DNA of 64,000 bases, from contig OX638151.1 of assembly GCA_951804945.1 (NCBI GenBank), forward strand, positions 61,132,001-61,196,000, in the 5' to 3' direction. Origin of the DNA: Podarcis cretensis. Taxonomy: Eukaryota. The translations under genes and the position numbers were made by a program. This document shows, one piece after another, positions 23,373 through 37,702 of this stretch. Within the stretch, counting starts at the first letter, position 1; every line of letters begins with the position of its first letter. Below the pieces are notes generated by a model, which made no database searches, was not told the DNA's origin, and saw only the letters and a program-made list of their open reading frames with translations.

Positions 23373-25019
23373 CTAACAAGAATTGTGTTGTTAGTTTAAA
23401 AAAACAACAACAATGCATCACAACAATGCAACAAAAACTAGTATAGGTAACTCAAATCTTAAATTTATTTTACTTGCACGATCACAGCTTTGGGTGGGGA
23501 ATAAACAAACAAACGGAGAGCAGAGGAAACCCGCCCTCAATTTATTTCCCAGCCCCCCACCCGTGCACAGCTACAGTCGCAGACTTACTTGACTTTGTGA
23601 AGGTAGTGCACTACCTTGTGCCTCCTCGCCAAAATCCAGCACCTCGCTTACTGGCTTTGGGAAGGTGGTGGAAGGGCTCTGAGAGCCTGACAAAGCCCTT
23701 GCGCCTCCTTCCCAAAGCCAGGCAAGCATTTACATGTTTGTGTGTGGACCCCCAGAACCAAATCCTCACATAAAATGTGAGTTACCTGTATCTGAAAGCA
23801 TGTGGAAACAATTATTTTAACCTGCCTGCCGAACACCAAACACATCTCATGGAAGTGCACTGAGTAGCTCCAGGACAACAACCAACAAGGTTCTGCTTCT
23901 GCCAAACTGACCTGCAGCAATGATTGGACCTGAAGCAGATCCTTCTCAGCTGATCTCAAGCTATGGGGAGTTTTGCCCTGAAATATCCAGGACCCAAGGC
24001 ATTTAAGACAAAGTGAGAACTCATAATTTTGCCCAGAAACACACCTGTAACCCGTTACGTTGTCTGAGCACCAGTGTTTGAACATCATGCTGATGCACAC
24101 CTGACAGCACTTGTTAACCTGTACCCTGCTAGGCCTGCAGAACCAGCAATTTTAGCAAACACACATAAGAGCAGCCATGATGGATGAAAATGTAGACGCC
24201 TGTCATTTCTGTGCAAGCAGCACTGAATGTTTTGCTAGATTTTGCTAACTGCTGTGTGAGACTGGCATCCTGGATGTTGCTAAGATTAAAAGGAAATGTC
24301 ACACTGTCAACATAATGTTACCTGCATAAAGAATACAATATCCATGGAGTCAAAACAAAGGTGAAAGCCAGTGCTAAAGTGTGTCAAAGGTGACTTAAGT
24401 GAAGAACTGCTGAAGAAGCAGGGGTCCCAGATGCACAATTCCACTTCCCAGATAGATTATAGTCTTTGTCCTTCATGGGTCCACTCATGTGGTTAAATTA
24501 ATTGAAAAGAGGAAAACTCCCATCCTCTTGGCCCAGTTTCCAATCAACATAAAAAGTGTACGGAGAATCATTTTTGCTCCTTTTCACTGCTAGCTGCTAC
24601 CCGCTGTCTAACTCTGCTTCACATGCTTTCACACAGCTGAAGCTCAAAAGATCCTGCCATATCAGCCCGGATTTGTAACAACGAACTTTAGTCCAACCTG
24701 CTAGTATGCTTGGGAACTTAGAAAATCTGTTTCAAAATTAGAGGAAGTTAGGAGGAGTCCATATTAATTATTTGATTATTTTGTCAGTGCAGTCACCAAG
24801 ACTTGCATATGCAATTTATATCACATTACTTTAAGTTGCTTTATTTTCACAAACTTCATAATTATTTAAGTTACTTGGTTATCTTAAAATTGTATAACAA
24901 CATTAAGCTTTGTACACAAATAAGCCAATTGATTTGTTTCACTTGCAATCTTGAGCTTTTATCACTGGTCATGCTTTACGCTTTGTCTCACTGGGTTGCT
25001 GCTGAGCAAGCCCTGATTG

Positions 25020-25205
25020 AGAGGATGCAATGAGCACTGGCGTATTGGACTGGCATACACTAGTGTTGATTGGATCCCCAAATTCGGCCAGTTGTAGTTT
25101 CCACACCATCTTTATGGACAGCCACTCATAAAGCACTTTGCAACTGTCTAATCTAGGTGTCACTGTAGCATGGATTATAGAGTTCAGGTCACTGTCCTCC
25201 AACTG
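25020..25205 (-). mobile_element. L2 ORF2 degenerate fragment
   Basis: LEDSDLNSIIHATVTPRLDSCKVLY...KLQL resembles the L2 'IHA.V.SRLDYCN.L' motif. Confidence 0.65.
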
Positions 25206-25477
25206 AAAAAAGGTACACTAGTTAATTAAGGCAATTACTGAGATTTAAAGCACTTTTGGAAGAATTAACCCCAAATGACATCTGTATCAATAAATAAAAC
25301 CAAATATACAATAGCTTAACTATTATAAAGTTTTGGCGGAACTGTTTATTCATTACCAATTCAATTATATGCTGTAATGTAGCAGAAAAATATTGTTCTA
25401 ATAAATAAATTAAAAGTCCACATGCATTTTCTGCATTTTCCTTGATCATACATGAATTGATGGAATGCCTACCATAC

Positions 25478-25612
25478 CTCAAGGGCTTCATTGACAGCAT
25501 CCACTTTATCTGGCAAGTTTTCAGTGCTTTTCATCCTTTCCTCCAAAGTATTCAGCCAGGCTGTTTCTAGATCCAGATAGTGGAGCAGCTCAATCCAGCA
25601 AGACCAGACTTC
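25478..25612 (-). CDS. UTRN: UTRN exon (DMD ex28 equivalent)
   Basis: 135 nt, cag|...|gtatgg; [45 protein letters not shown]. Confidence 0.96.
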
Positions 25613-26227
25613 CTGAAGGTGATGGGATTTCATTAAAAAAACACACAACTAAATTACATTTCAGAGACAAATCCCTATTCAATCTAGAGAGGCACATATT
25701 TCTCAAGTTTCAACTGGCACTGTAAACAGAGTTAGTTGTCAACCGGCAAGACCTTCATTAACCTCTGCATACACTCCACAAATTCTTTAGCAACAAGGCC
25801 TGGCAAACCACTCTGAAATATAGCATGTCCTATCCGGGCCCAAGTTTCACCACCTATCCCATCTTTTGCTACACCTCAAACGCATACAGTTCCACTGGAA
25901 AGTGGGAGAGCTATGAGATAAACCAAGGGATCTTGCTCTGTACCAATACCCACATCATTACAGTATAATCTCTCTAAATAAAATTTTGACATGCTCTGTC
26001 AGCTTAGCAAATGAAGATACAAAGGAATATTCTGCCCATGTACAGTACATAGTTGCTTTGTTTCTCCTTTGGAGATAGCCATGATTAAACCAACAAATCT
26101 CTAAGAATAGTTTTCCAATTTCATCCAAACCAGGAAACCATGAATACAGTATGATCTTAAACCATTCACTTAAGGTGAGATATGATTTTCCAAAGCAAGC
26201 CAGTGTCTCTCTATGGGACAACTAGAG

Positions 26228-26353
26228 CAGGCTTCCTCAAACTCGGCCCAACAGATGTTTTTGGCCTACAACTCCCATGATCCCTAGCTAGCAGGACCAG
26301 TGGTCAGGGATGATGGGAATTGTAGTCTGGAGGGCTGAGGTTGAGGAAGCCTG
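26228..26353. mobile_element. hAT-type MITE
   Basis: TIR CAGGCTTCCTCAA / TTGAGGAAGCCTG; internal CTACAACTCCCAT..ATGGGAATTGTAG; imperfect 8-bp TSD. Confidence 0.75.
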
Positions 26354-26596
26354 AACTTAAGCATGTGTAGAGAAGTATTATCTGAAATGCTTTGCAGATG
26401 TACACATGGTCACATCTGACCTTAAGTATCATTTAATATAGAAATTATGGTCACATTAAAATAAAAGTTTTCATGTTTTCTAGTTTTCTAGTTTTCTGGT
26501 TCTTCGGCTTTTCATTGATGTACTAGCATTTCCTATTGCCCAATACATCACAGACATATGAAACATTTCTGCTGAGGTTAGATTATTCGGCAATAC

Positions 26597-26776
26597 CTCC
26601 AAAGTGTGGCATTTCCCCCGGATTCTGTTGCAGAGTAGCTGGTAATTCTCCAATACATGGTTAAGCTCAGTTGTTAAGTCCTGACCACCAGATGGCAGTT
26701 TAGCAGCTAACATCTTAATGTTGTCTTTCAGAATTTTCACCCGCACTTCTTTCTGTAGCACATCCTCTTTTGCTCT
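26597..26776 (-). CDS. UTRN: UTRN exon (DMD ex27 equivalent)
   Basis: 180 nt, cag|...|gtattg; [21 protein letters not shown]...[11 protein letters not shown]. Confidence 0.96.
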
Positions 26777-28026
26777 CTGCCCAAAGAAAGTGATTGCTGA
26801 TCAAATGGTTACTGACAAAGACAATTACAAAGTCTTAGTCTTAGTCTTTAGTATACAAGTGGAGGTTTCTACTCATTCAATTTTTTTCAATATTTCATTA
26901 TAGAAGCTGGCAGGAACAGAACCATTGTGCTCCATGAAGTTTCACTTGACACTCTGTTGTATTATTTATCACATCATGCTGTCATGTTCATCATGCTGTC
27001 AAATGACATGATTTCTAACACAACAAAGACTCTTGTAGCACCTGAAATAATTTATTATTGCATGAGATTTCATAATGTGCAAAGACGTTTCTTTGAACAT
27101 GATCTATCTTTCATAGCCAGACTATTGCCATTTCAATTCATTAATATTTTTACCAAAACAGTGTTGCAGAAATTGCAAAAACAACACTATAGAAAAATCC
27201 TTTACATTCATAACATTTTTAAGCAATTCAATAAAACATTTCCCAGGTGAGTAGCCACATAAAATATGTTTGTTAGGGTGGTCCTCCCATCTCATGTCTA
27301 TTTCCAATTCTGTCACAGAGCTGAAATGCCAACATGACACTGAAATTAAAAATATCTGACAAAAAACTAAATCATGACACAAGTTTGGATGAAAGGGTGG
27401 TGATAGAAAAAGGAAAATGCACCTACTTACAGTGAATCCTATGCCCCTTCTCAGTTTGAGTGTGCAAAGTTCCCCCATCAAATCTGCTAACTCTGTATTC
27501 AGTTCTGCACTCTGAAAACATATAGTTTCAACCCCTTCTGTCCCTAATCCCGCTACATAGCAAGATCTACAACTTCTGCTTCTGCCAGCCCCTAAAACTC
27601 CAGCAATAGTCCCAGACCATTAGGCCAAGATAAGCAAATAGTGCCAGACTAAGGAAGATCCACTTCTCACAATTACATAGGATCTCCTCCACCCCCACTG
27701 ATTAGTTCCAGTATTTCATAATTCATATCCCGTTCTCCCTTCCAAAAAAGGTTTGGACACAGAGGTTCACAGCTCATTTTTTTCATTTTGTTTCATTTTC
27801 ACAAAGCCTTATAAAAAATCATTTCCTGAAACCTAAGCTACTTTCCAACATCACACCACACCCATTTCTATTATTCACTCAGCGTTTTCTAAAGCTAACA
27901 TTAAAAAAAAGTAAATTCAAAAACTCACAAAAGCAATTCAAAAAAGGAATTTCTTGTTTAATAATGGATAATATGCACATAAACTTAGAGACCCACATAA
28001 CCTTTCGCACAATCACATTTTCTCAC

Positions 28027-28197
28027 CTTCATTTCATCCACAGCATTTTCCAGCTCATCTGGACTCTTGTATTCAAAATCTCTCTCCAAATATTCTTCTT
28101 CGGTCTGAGTCATCCATTCTTGCATCTCTGTCAAATCCTTTTTGAGGTTTACAGCTTTTTCTTGACTTTCGGATAATTGATTTTTCTGACTAATGAT
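28027..28197 (-). CDS. UTRN: UTRN exon (DMD ex26 equivalent)
   Basis: 171 nt, tag|...|gtgaga; [57 protein letters not shown]. Confidence 0.96.
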
Positions 28198-29879
28198 CTA
28201 GCAGTTCAACCAAAAACACACAGAGAGGTAAAAGCTATCTGCATCATTTGAAGAGAGTCTCAGCACTGATTCAATGTAAAGTATAAATATCAGAGGATTG
28301 AAAGTTTCAGCAGCTCACTTCTAAAGTAATTATTGCATTATAAAATATCTGGCAAATACTGTTACTATGGTTACAAGAAAAGATCTTTCATCACAGCTTA
28401 CTAAAACTGACAGATGTAATAGAATACTATTCTGCTTATTTTTAGCTATAGAATGTTTGCTATAGTTTTAAGTTCTATAATAACGAATCCATGGTTGAAC
28501 ATCCCTCAAACAGGATGTTTATTGGAGTGAATCAACACCACAATTTACTGTTACATGTGCTTAGGTTTCTGTTACTTCAGGCAAACACACACATTATATA
28601 CATATTAAATGGACAGGAGGTTCCAATGCAAATCTTATCCAGAATGAATATGTGCCCACTGGTACTGCCTAGACTGAAGGATGCCAAGCACTAGTTGAAA
28701 TGTCTGGCCTTTTAAGGGATGGCTTCCTAAAATATAATAAAAATAGGAGTAAGAAATACCTATCTGGGTAAATTAAACTTCAGATTCCACAAACACAATT
28801 TAAAGTGTTGTCTAATGGGGCAAGAAATAAAATGAGCATTCAACCAGCACAAGCAGCAGACCTGATCTGTCATATTTTTGCTAGTCACAGACTCTTCTTT
28901 TTCTTTTGGTCTGGCAGAAAACATGGGCAGGCAAGACCTAAAAGGTCTCAGTGGTTGGAAAAGGTGACACAGATTTATTAGATACCAAAAAACAGGCAGT
29001 CTAGCTGAAACATTATGCTGTACAAAGTTACAAACAAGATGATTTACTTTGGTGTTTATTGATCCCATGGCCCTCAAGCATTTGTCCAGCAGCAAAACCA
29101 AGAAGAGAAAGGATATAAAATAGTTCTGTTAGAAAGATGAACCCCACCCCTACCCCCTCCTCTAAGGAAGTTTACTGTGAAGGAAATCTTGGGCCTGTGG
29201 CCACACTGTGGCCACGAATACCCCACCCAGAGAGGCCTTGCCAAGCCATTGCATTACTATTTGTCAAAAGATGACTTGCCTATGGTGCCTTTGGAAATGG
29301 TCGGCGTTTGGCATTCTGTTACATAATATAATGCTTACAGTGCTGAATACATACATTATAAGCAACCATTACAATAATCCTGGAAGATAAATCACTATTC
29401 TTATCCCGCGTGGTGGTGTTGAGGCCAAGGGACAGAATGACTCGCTAGGTCTACCTAAAGTTCATATCTAAGATAAGATTTGAACAGGGTGTCATTCCAG
29501 ATCACAGCTTGCACTCTAACCTTCTTTTGCTAAACCAGTAGTAGACAGCAGTCTCATGGTTTCACTGCCAAACAGTTAACAGAGTTTCAATGTTTTAGGG
29601 TGGACTGTTGCCTGTTAATGTTTATTAACTTACCTAAGTACACTTATACCCTGCATCTCTTCCATAATGGAGCTCAAGGCAGTGCTTGTGAGATTCTCAG
29701 ATGATCTCTCATCCAGGCACTGATCAGACCCAGACATTGTGTTTTAATATACATGTTAAATATATTATTTATATGGCTACCAAGTCTGTTATTTCAATGT
29801 ATACAGGAAAGCTAATACTATGAATACAGAGTGACGAACAAGACAATGCAAATAAAGAGTAATGCTGTCAGTGACTAAC

Positions 29880-30026
29880 CTGCTTGCTGAGTCTCTCCCA
29901 TTGTGACTGGACATCTGTCAGCTTAGATTTCACCCAGGCATTAACTGGCTGGCCTCTTAAAGCAGAGTCTATTTCTTTCATCTCTTTTAAGGACAACTCA
30001 ATCTTCTCCATTTCAGTAACAAACAG
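29880..30026 (-). CDS. UTRN: UTRN exon (DMD ex25 equivalent)
   Basis: 147 nt, cag|...|gttagt; LFVTEMEKIELSLKEMKEIDSALRGQPVNAWVKSKLTDVQSQWERLSKQ. Confidence 0.94.
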
Positions 30027-30561
30027 CTGATCACAAGAGAGAAAACACTTTAACAACCACTTTTCAGGATGCAGGCAGAAATGTTGTCCATTTCCGAAGG
30101 CATTGTGCAAATATTTCTGATTCTGTTTTTTATAACTCCTAAATTACTCCACATGCAAAATTATTTTAAAATAAATATTCAGTTGCATACTTTCATCTGA
30201 GTCTGAAAATGGATCCAATCCAGAGAGCTTCTTCAGGTGTGTGAGGGTTTGTATTCAACTACAGGGAATTCTTTTCTCTGAATAGCTTTGAGCAGCTGCT
30301 GCCCACACACAAATATTACATTACAAATGGCTTGTGAAAATCTCAACTTGCAAAGAAAATGTGTGTCATATATTATGATGGGCTGTTGATGTCATGGAGT
30401 TTCCTGAGCAGTTATCTGGATTTTGCCCATTGTCTCTTTCTATTCAGGAATGGTCTCACAGTCAAGACTCAAAAGGGTATTGAGGGTAATCTGGCTTTGT
30501 CCCTACTACCTATAGTGATAAATTCAGTCAACTACAAACCTTACAGCTACTAGGCTGGTTA

Positions 30562-31046
30562 CTGTATTTTTCGTCCCATAGGACGCACCGGCTCATAGGA
30601 TGCACCTAGTTTTTTGGTCGGGGAATCGAAACCAGGTCGGGGAACAGTGGGATGGCGGCGCTGCACCTCCCCGCTGTCCCCCCAACTTGTGGGGCTGCCC
30701 GATGTCTGCCCGAAGCGCGGGGTGCTCTACTTCAGCGCTCCCCGCGCTCCGTGCAGCAGGCTGCAGATGTCTTCCCGAAGCGCCGGGCGCTCTGCTTTCA
30801 GCGCGCCCCGCGCTCCGGGAAGCAGGCTGCTATCCGCAGCCTAGGGAGCCCTGCGGGAACTCCCGTGGGCTCCCCAGGCTTGCTGATAGCTTCCTGAAGC
30901 CTGGAGAACGAGAGGGGTTGGTGCGCACCGACCCCTCTCGCTCTCCAAGCTTCAGCGAAAGCCTGCATTCACCCCATAGGATGCACACAGATTTCCCCTT
31001 CATTTTTGAAGGGGGAAAAGTGCGTCCTATAGGGCAAAAAATACGG
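30562..31046. mobile_element. TcMar (Tc2-like) MITE, same family as 1398-2125, opposite orientation
   Basis: TIRs C(T/C)GTATTTTT...ATAGGACGCAC; TA TSD; 30880-31046 is near reverse complement of 1398-1560. Confidence 0.9.
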
Positions 31047-31845
31047 TAATATGCAAAGAACTGTGCAACAGTCCCTGTGCCCAAAAGAGGCTTCTTTGAT
31101 CTTATGCTTCTTGAATAGCAGCCCCATATGCCAGATGGCAACCCACTTTTGGAAGCAAGTAAACTCTAAACAAGCTTGGAATATGTGGGCCTGGTCTTCT
31201 ATTCAAAAGGAGGATATGATCAAATATCATGACAGGCACACCCAAGCACACAGGTAAGGCAGATTTTCGGAAGCCAGTTATAATATATAATCATATACTA
31301 TGGAGGGTACTGACCTCACACTTCGATTTAACCGTACTGAAATACCTCTATATTTTAGGGGAAGTGTGCCCGTACTTTTGTGTTTTTGAATGCATGGCGC
31401 AATTCAAATAATCTCAGCACAATTGCACTTTTCTCCCAATCCCCCTATGACCAATGTTGTTTTTATTCCAACAGCATCTCCATATGGTCAAAGCTCCAGC
31501 TAATTTATAGGCTACTCTGAAGATTTCATCATCAGATCTTGCAGGATTACACACTACCTATCTCTCTGTTAAAAATCTTCATTTTAAAAAAAGAAGTGAG
31601 ACAGTTCTAGTATTCCTATTTATATTGTAATACTGAACAAGCTGCCAAATTTTTAAAACGAGGTTCCACAACTGCATTTTAGTACCATGGTATCAGGGAA
31701 CAAAGGAATGCAAAACACACTTTTGTGTTGCTTTATCCTTTTTTTGAGAGAGAGGTTTTTATGAAATGCACTATATAATGCTTTGAAGTAGCCAAAGAAT
31801 AACAGAGGTAAATAAGCAACTCTGTTCTACATTAGCAGGGCTTAC

Positions 31846-31959
31846 CATGCATTGATCAAGCTGTCTCTGAAGGCCTTCAGGATCCCTTTGGATCGCTTGC
31901 TCTTTCATTAAGAAGTCTTTTACACCATCCAGCCACTTCTGAACCAGTTTTGAATCAGT
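31846..31959 (-). CDS. UTRN: UTRN exon (DMD ex24 equivalent)
   Basis: 114 nt, cag|...|gtaagc; TDSKLVQKWLDGVKDFLMKEQAIQRDPEGLQRQLDQCM. Confidence 0.95.
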
Positions 31960-34900
31960 CTGAACAGAACATAAAAAAGTTAAGAAATGTAATTAACTGT
32001 TTTAACCTATTTGTCTTCCAGATTGGAAAACCCCAAATACAATAGTAATCCCCACTTGCTTGGTCCCCCCCCCCATTGTCAGGCTCATGTAAAGATTTGC
32101 TAAGCAAAAACCCAATTATAGACTAACTAATAATCCAAATTCTGGACAAATGGCACCAACACTGGAGGAAGAGAAATAAAAACACACAAAGAAGCCTGGC
32201 GGATCAGACCAAAGGCCCATCCAGTTCAGCATCCTTTTCTCATAGCGACCAACCAGATGCCTATGAAAGTCCACAAGCAGGACCTGAGAGCAACACTGCT
32301 CCCCCCAATCTGTGATTTCTAGCAACTGGCACTCAGAAGCATACTGACTCCGTTAAGTGGGGGTAAAACATAGCAGCTCACTCAAATCTTCTGTACAAGC
32401 ATAGAACATGGGTTTGAAGGGTTTGAGGCATTTTGAAAATAAGCAATAAGCAACTGGCTTGTGAGATAAAAGCATAATTTCATACTGTCGCAAAATCTGA
32501 GTTGTAAACATAGCTCCTTCTGCCATGAACACAGACTTTGCTTGCAGAAGCACAAAATTGGTAGATTGCCTCCTCCCCCTTCTGTCAGCAGGATCCTTCA
32601 CTGAATCAAAAACCTTCCATTGACAGAAGGAGCCCTTTTGTTCACAGGAGGTGAAATTAGGATCCAACCCAATAATTACATTTCACCACAACTGCCAACA
32701 GCAGCAATAATGCACTATTAATGGAATGGTGCTTAGAGAACTACAACAAAAAAGAGAACTCACTGCCCCAAGAGCCTAACACTTCATACAAAAGATGAGC
32801 TTTGGAATTTCAGTGATATGAAAGAGGCATGGTGTCATGGTATTCTAATAAGGAGTTCAAGAGAAGGGAGACATGACAAAGTAATTTTAGTGCAGGGTGG
32901 TTGAACACACAGCCCAAGAGCTGCATGTGTCCCTTGGGGCCCTTTTTGGTGGTCCTCAGCATTTCATGCCTCCTCTGCAGCCCTTGCACTGCCTTTCCAA
33001 TGTTGTCACTGGGCTTTGAGAAAGAGGTGTGAGGACAGGGTCCTAGAGTCCTCCTGCCTCCTTTCCAAAACCTAGTTAGCATTTTCCCAGCTTTGGGAAG
33101 GAGGTGGGAGAACTCTAGGGCTCTGACAGAACGTTGTGCCTCCTTCCCAAAGCCAGGTACCTCACCTATCCAGCTTTGGGAGGACAGCACCAGGTCTGGG
33201 GCCCGTCAAATTTTGACCTTCTCTTCCCCCTTCTACAAGACAAGACACTGAGGAGCCCAAGGGTTCAATGTCAAATTACTCTTGCCGCCCACTTGGTATG
33301 GAAATACAAGTGGGCACAAAAGGAAGCAGAGAGGTTGGTACCAAAGAAAATAGAGACGGCAGGGACTCTGACCAGAATATTGGATAGGTGATGCCACTGT
33401 GAATGGATATATAAGAAAAGGAGGGATAGGTTCAATATGTCTGAGACCAAACATGAGTTTAATGAAGAACTCAAGGAGAAATGCATATGCACAAATGGAG
33501 ATACAGGACTGGATAAAGGTGGAAGCTCTAAGGTAGAGAGCTGGGCAGCATTATATAGGAAATGCTGAAATCCATGTGATTTGAGGTGACCACAGAAACC
33601 AAGAATGCAGGGAAACAGAAGACCAGGGGACTCCAAACATCCCTGAGGGTCTACAAGGGAGAAAGTTAAGAGAGAGCAAATCCCTGAAAGAGTAGGAAAA
33701 GAAACAGTTGAGAGCAGGTACAGGTTTAGGTTGTGAAGGGAATAAAGTAGAAAAGAGGATAGTTAATTGTATCAAAAGGCAACAAAGAAGTCAAGAAGGA
33801 TGTGAACAGGCTAGAGAGCCTTGAATTCAGCAGAGTTGGGTTGGGAATTAAATTCTGTTCTATTTACATCAACTATATGATCAGCCTCAGTGGTTTTAGA
33901 AATATCTCTACCAGAATTCAGTTATGCTTCTCATTTTTATTCTTTGCTGATTGTGCATATATATTGCCATCTTAATGGATACTTGTTCTAGGTATTCATC
34001 AAAGTACCTATTGTGCTCTGCATCTTGATACAGAGGGATAATTTATGTCCAGATTCTTGGCATTTTTTGTTCTACCTCCAGCTTCTGGCATTTTTTCAGC
34101 TGACTTGATTTGCTTGTGAAGAAAAGTTTCCAAAACAGGGAGCACACACAGTAGTTCCAAGGGTATTCACTACAGGCCAATAGAGATACACTCTAGCCTG
34201 TAGAACTGAGCAGTAAATATTCTTCAGCCAAAATACTATTTATATATTGCCTAACATTGACAAGGCATTTTATGTACCTAAAGCAGACATCTTATGGCCA
34301 AGGATTTCTCATGATCCCTTTGATCATTTTCCCTCCTGACTTCTAGCTGCCACATCTCCACTGTCATTATCCCTCCTCTCCACTATAGTGAACCCAACCT
34401 TCTCCTTTAGCTCCAACAGAGTCACTATGTCCCCCTGTCCCCAAACCTCCAAAAATGATTTCTTGCCCCATCTGCACCTATTAATACCATCAGATATCTA
34501 TGGAGCAACTTGCCTTTAGTCTCCCAAAACAATGGTGGTGCTGATGCTGGGTTCCCCTGCCCACAGTGGGTCACTCTGACAGGTGAGTGGGTGCCAGTCA
34601 CTGTTCAACTCATTTGATGTCATTATGATGTCAGATGACACACAACTTGAATTCAAATAGTGCTACAAAGGAAAATTCAAGCCCACCAAGTAAGCCTTGA
34701 AGTCAGCACCACTCAGCTGATTGGTGTTGACATCAAGCTCTCTTTTTGGTAGTGGGTCATTTGCACCAGTGATTCTTGATGAGGTTTCAGTGGACCTGAA
34801 TTCTGAGTCTATCAGTCGATCTGTGCAGACTTTGAGCCCTACTTTTGGCAGGGGTCATCTGTATGAGGAAGCTCTATTGAGAACTCCCTAGTGCAGCAAA

Positions 34901-36113
34901 TTCCAGCAGGCTTGAAGTAGCATCTGTTAGAACATCAAGCTCTGCTTTCAGCAGGGGTTGGCTGTGCAAGAGAGTTTTCAATGGATAGCTCTGTTCCAAT
35001 GTCATCCCAGTAGGCTCGGCTGGCTGGCAGTCAACCTCCCTTGACAAGTAACAATCAAGAGTATGCTGGCAGGCACATCTCTGTCTGCCCCACACTTGAT
35101 GTCAGATATGACATGAGGAGTGGGAGAGGTGGGCATGATTTTGAGGAAGTGGCCTTGGCCTTGCAGACCAAATTGGGATCTGTGCCAGGCCTAATCAGGC
35201 CTGTGTGCCAGAGGTTCTCCATGTCCATCATAAAACATGCCACTTCCTTTTCCTGTCCTGACATTCCTCAATTTTTGCTTCTGGCCCCATGCAACTTATC
35301 TTCCATCTCCCTCACCAAAACCACTATTTTCTCATTACAAAACCTAAAGGTACTGATTTCATTCCTTCCCCCCGACTTTTCAACTTTGTTTAATACTTCA
35401 TTAGATCCTTCTTTTGATACTCATCTATTTGTATACTTTCCATATCCACTGACATCACCAACATCCACCCAGCTGACCAGGCACAAAGCTTTGGCTTTAT
35501 CTGATTCCCCCCTGCCCATTGCTTTGCACATTCAGTCTGTTGCCAAGCATTGCTCTAATGAGTGAACAATGTGAAAATGCAGCCCTTCCTTTCTGGTCCA
35601 TTTGTTCTTTCATTACAACAATGTGAAAATATAGCCCTTGCTCTCTGGCTCATGCTCAAATCTAGCCCACTATTCACCTCTCTTGTTAATCTGACCATGT
35701 GGCACATCCGTCCTTCAGAAGACAGATTATGCTCATAAATATTCCAAAGAAAACAAACCAGAATAAGGTAACAAGTCAAGGTCCATTTTTGGCAATTACC
35801 GGTAACTTATAGTTAGAAACAAAAATTCTACAATTTAGCATTAACATTAACTTTAGCATGAGTCAATGCAAGTATTTTTTTTCCTGTTCTAAAGCCACTA
35901 ACATCTTGTGGTTTAGTTCAGAATATTGTGGGCTCAGACAACATTTTCCATAATCAAAAGGCATAAACCCTGTGATCCCAACCCCCTTCAAAGGGGAACT
36001 TCCAAAAGAGTTTGTATTCCTTTTCTCCTAGATTTACTTTGAGGTCCTAATTTAGTGGTATTCTGTCCTGTTAGCAGGATGACTGACCCACACAATCGTG
36101 GTCATATATTTAC

Positions 36114-36326
36114 CTCAAATATTCTCAATTTGGAAATAATTTCTTCCAGTAGGTGAATGTCTTTAGAAACCTTCATATTTAACTTGTCCCTGTATCCCTG
36201 CAAACACTTGAATTCTTGCTTGTAGAGCTTTGATTTTTCAGAAGAAATATGCTTCTCTAAGACTTGTGTGTCTGCAGCAAGTTTATCAACCACACTTTTC
36301 TGATTTTCCAGAGTTTCACAGATCGT
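36114..36326 (-). CDS. UTRN: UTRN exon (DMD ex23 equivalent)
   Basis: 213 nt, cag|...|gtaaat; TICETLENQKSVVDKL...HLLEEIISKLRIFE. Confidence 0.95.
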
Positions 36327-37702
36327 CTGCAGGGAAAGGATTAAACAGAAATACATTTCAGTTTTGCACACGGCAGCAATTCCATGTTCTGTGCAAAATA
36401 TATTATCTTTAACTGTACATATTACAACACTACAAAGAAAATATAGCAATGGATGTGGCCTTTGTGTCACCCAACAATATTTTCTCATGCCAAAATAGGT
36501 TTTGGGTGAATATAATTTCCAGAGCCACAAGGATTTTTTTTCATGTGAATTCATTCAAAAGTCCTAATGTTTCTGTTGATACTTTAGGACAACAGTACAT
36601 AAAATGAGGCTCCTAGGACCTCCAGCTTGCATGTCCAGCTGCTTCTACTACAACTCACAGGATAGTTGTTCTAGAGAAAAGTGAGGCAAAAGGTTTTCTG
36701 AAACAAATCTATTTATGGGTGGTGAATCCGTTAACTGCTGACCTGATCAAGTGATTTTCTATGCCCCACCCCCAACCAAAAAACATGGCAGCAGTGAGGA
36801 AGAAATCCATAAACAGCTCTGAAATTGCACAAATATCTACTGGAGAAAGGAAGTACAGAAAAAGAAGCAAGCAGGCCGCAGTTCCCCCTCCTGCCTCTTA
36901 CCAGCTGGCACAGCATATCAATTGGCATGGCAAAGAAGAAATTGGCTCTCCTCCTGCAAGAAGGCATAATTTGCAGCCCTAATTCCCTACCATTGCATCC
37001 AACTGGCCAGCAATACATATCGAAGGGTGGGGTGAGCAAAAAGGATCAAACCTCCTTCTTTAGGCAGATTCACATGATTTGTAACCCAGGGAATGGGTCA
37101 CAATCCATCAAGTTTGAAAACTTTGGTGTCAGGAAGATATTTCAGCTGGCTACCCATGTGGGTCTCCCTGAGTAGCTAATATGGGCGGAGTGGGGGCATT
37201 AGTACCATTTCTTCCACATTGGTCTTTGTAAATGCATGGATGCGATGCTATTTTAGGAAAGTTGTGTCCAGTTTTGTGGAACCTATTGTTGTCTAGTTCT
37301 TTCTTTCCCTCCCATATGCCCTGCAAGGATATGGGAAGTCTGATTGACTGCTTGGCAAAACAGCTTAGCTAACACTCGCTATTTTGCCTGAAACTATAGA
37401 AAAGGAAGCACGCATATTTTGAATGCATCACTCACATTAGGCCTGTGTTTTTCATACATCCACAACTATTTATACAACACAACACATGTTGCTTGTCACA
37501 CCTATCTTACTGAGTAGCAGTTTTCACATATAAGCCTGTCAAAACTGTGCTAGAAGTCTAATTCTTCTCCGCACCCACCCCCCAATGGTACACACCAATG
37601 TTAGTCAGCTTAATTTAAAATGCAATGGCATAAAAAAGCCAAGCTGACTAAAGACAGCTGCGTCTGAGTTTGAATTTGCTGAAGTGAAAAAATGGAACAT
37701 AC

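Noticed and set aside
30600-31141. ORFs of 76-149 aa on both strands
   Set aside because: Same MITE family; non-coding.
35041-35565. 174-aa plus-strand ORF as an antisense gene
   Set aside because: No recognisable domain, non-ATG start, and it overlaps degenerate repeat-like sequence.
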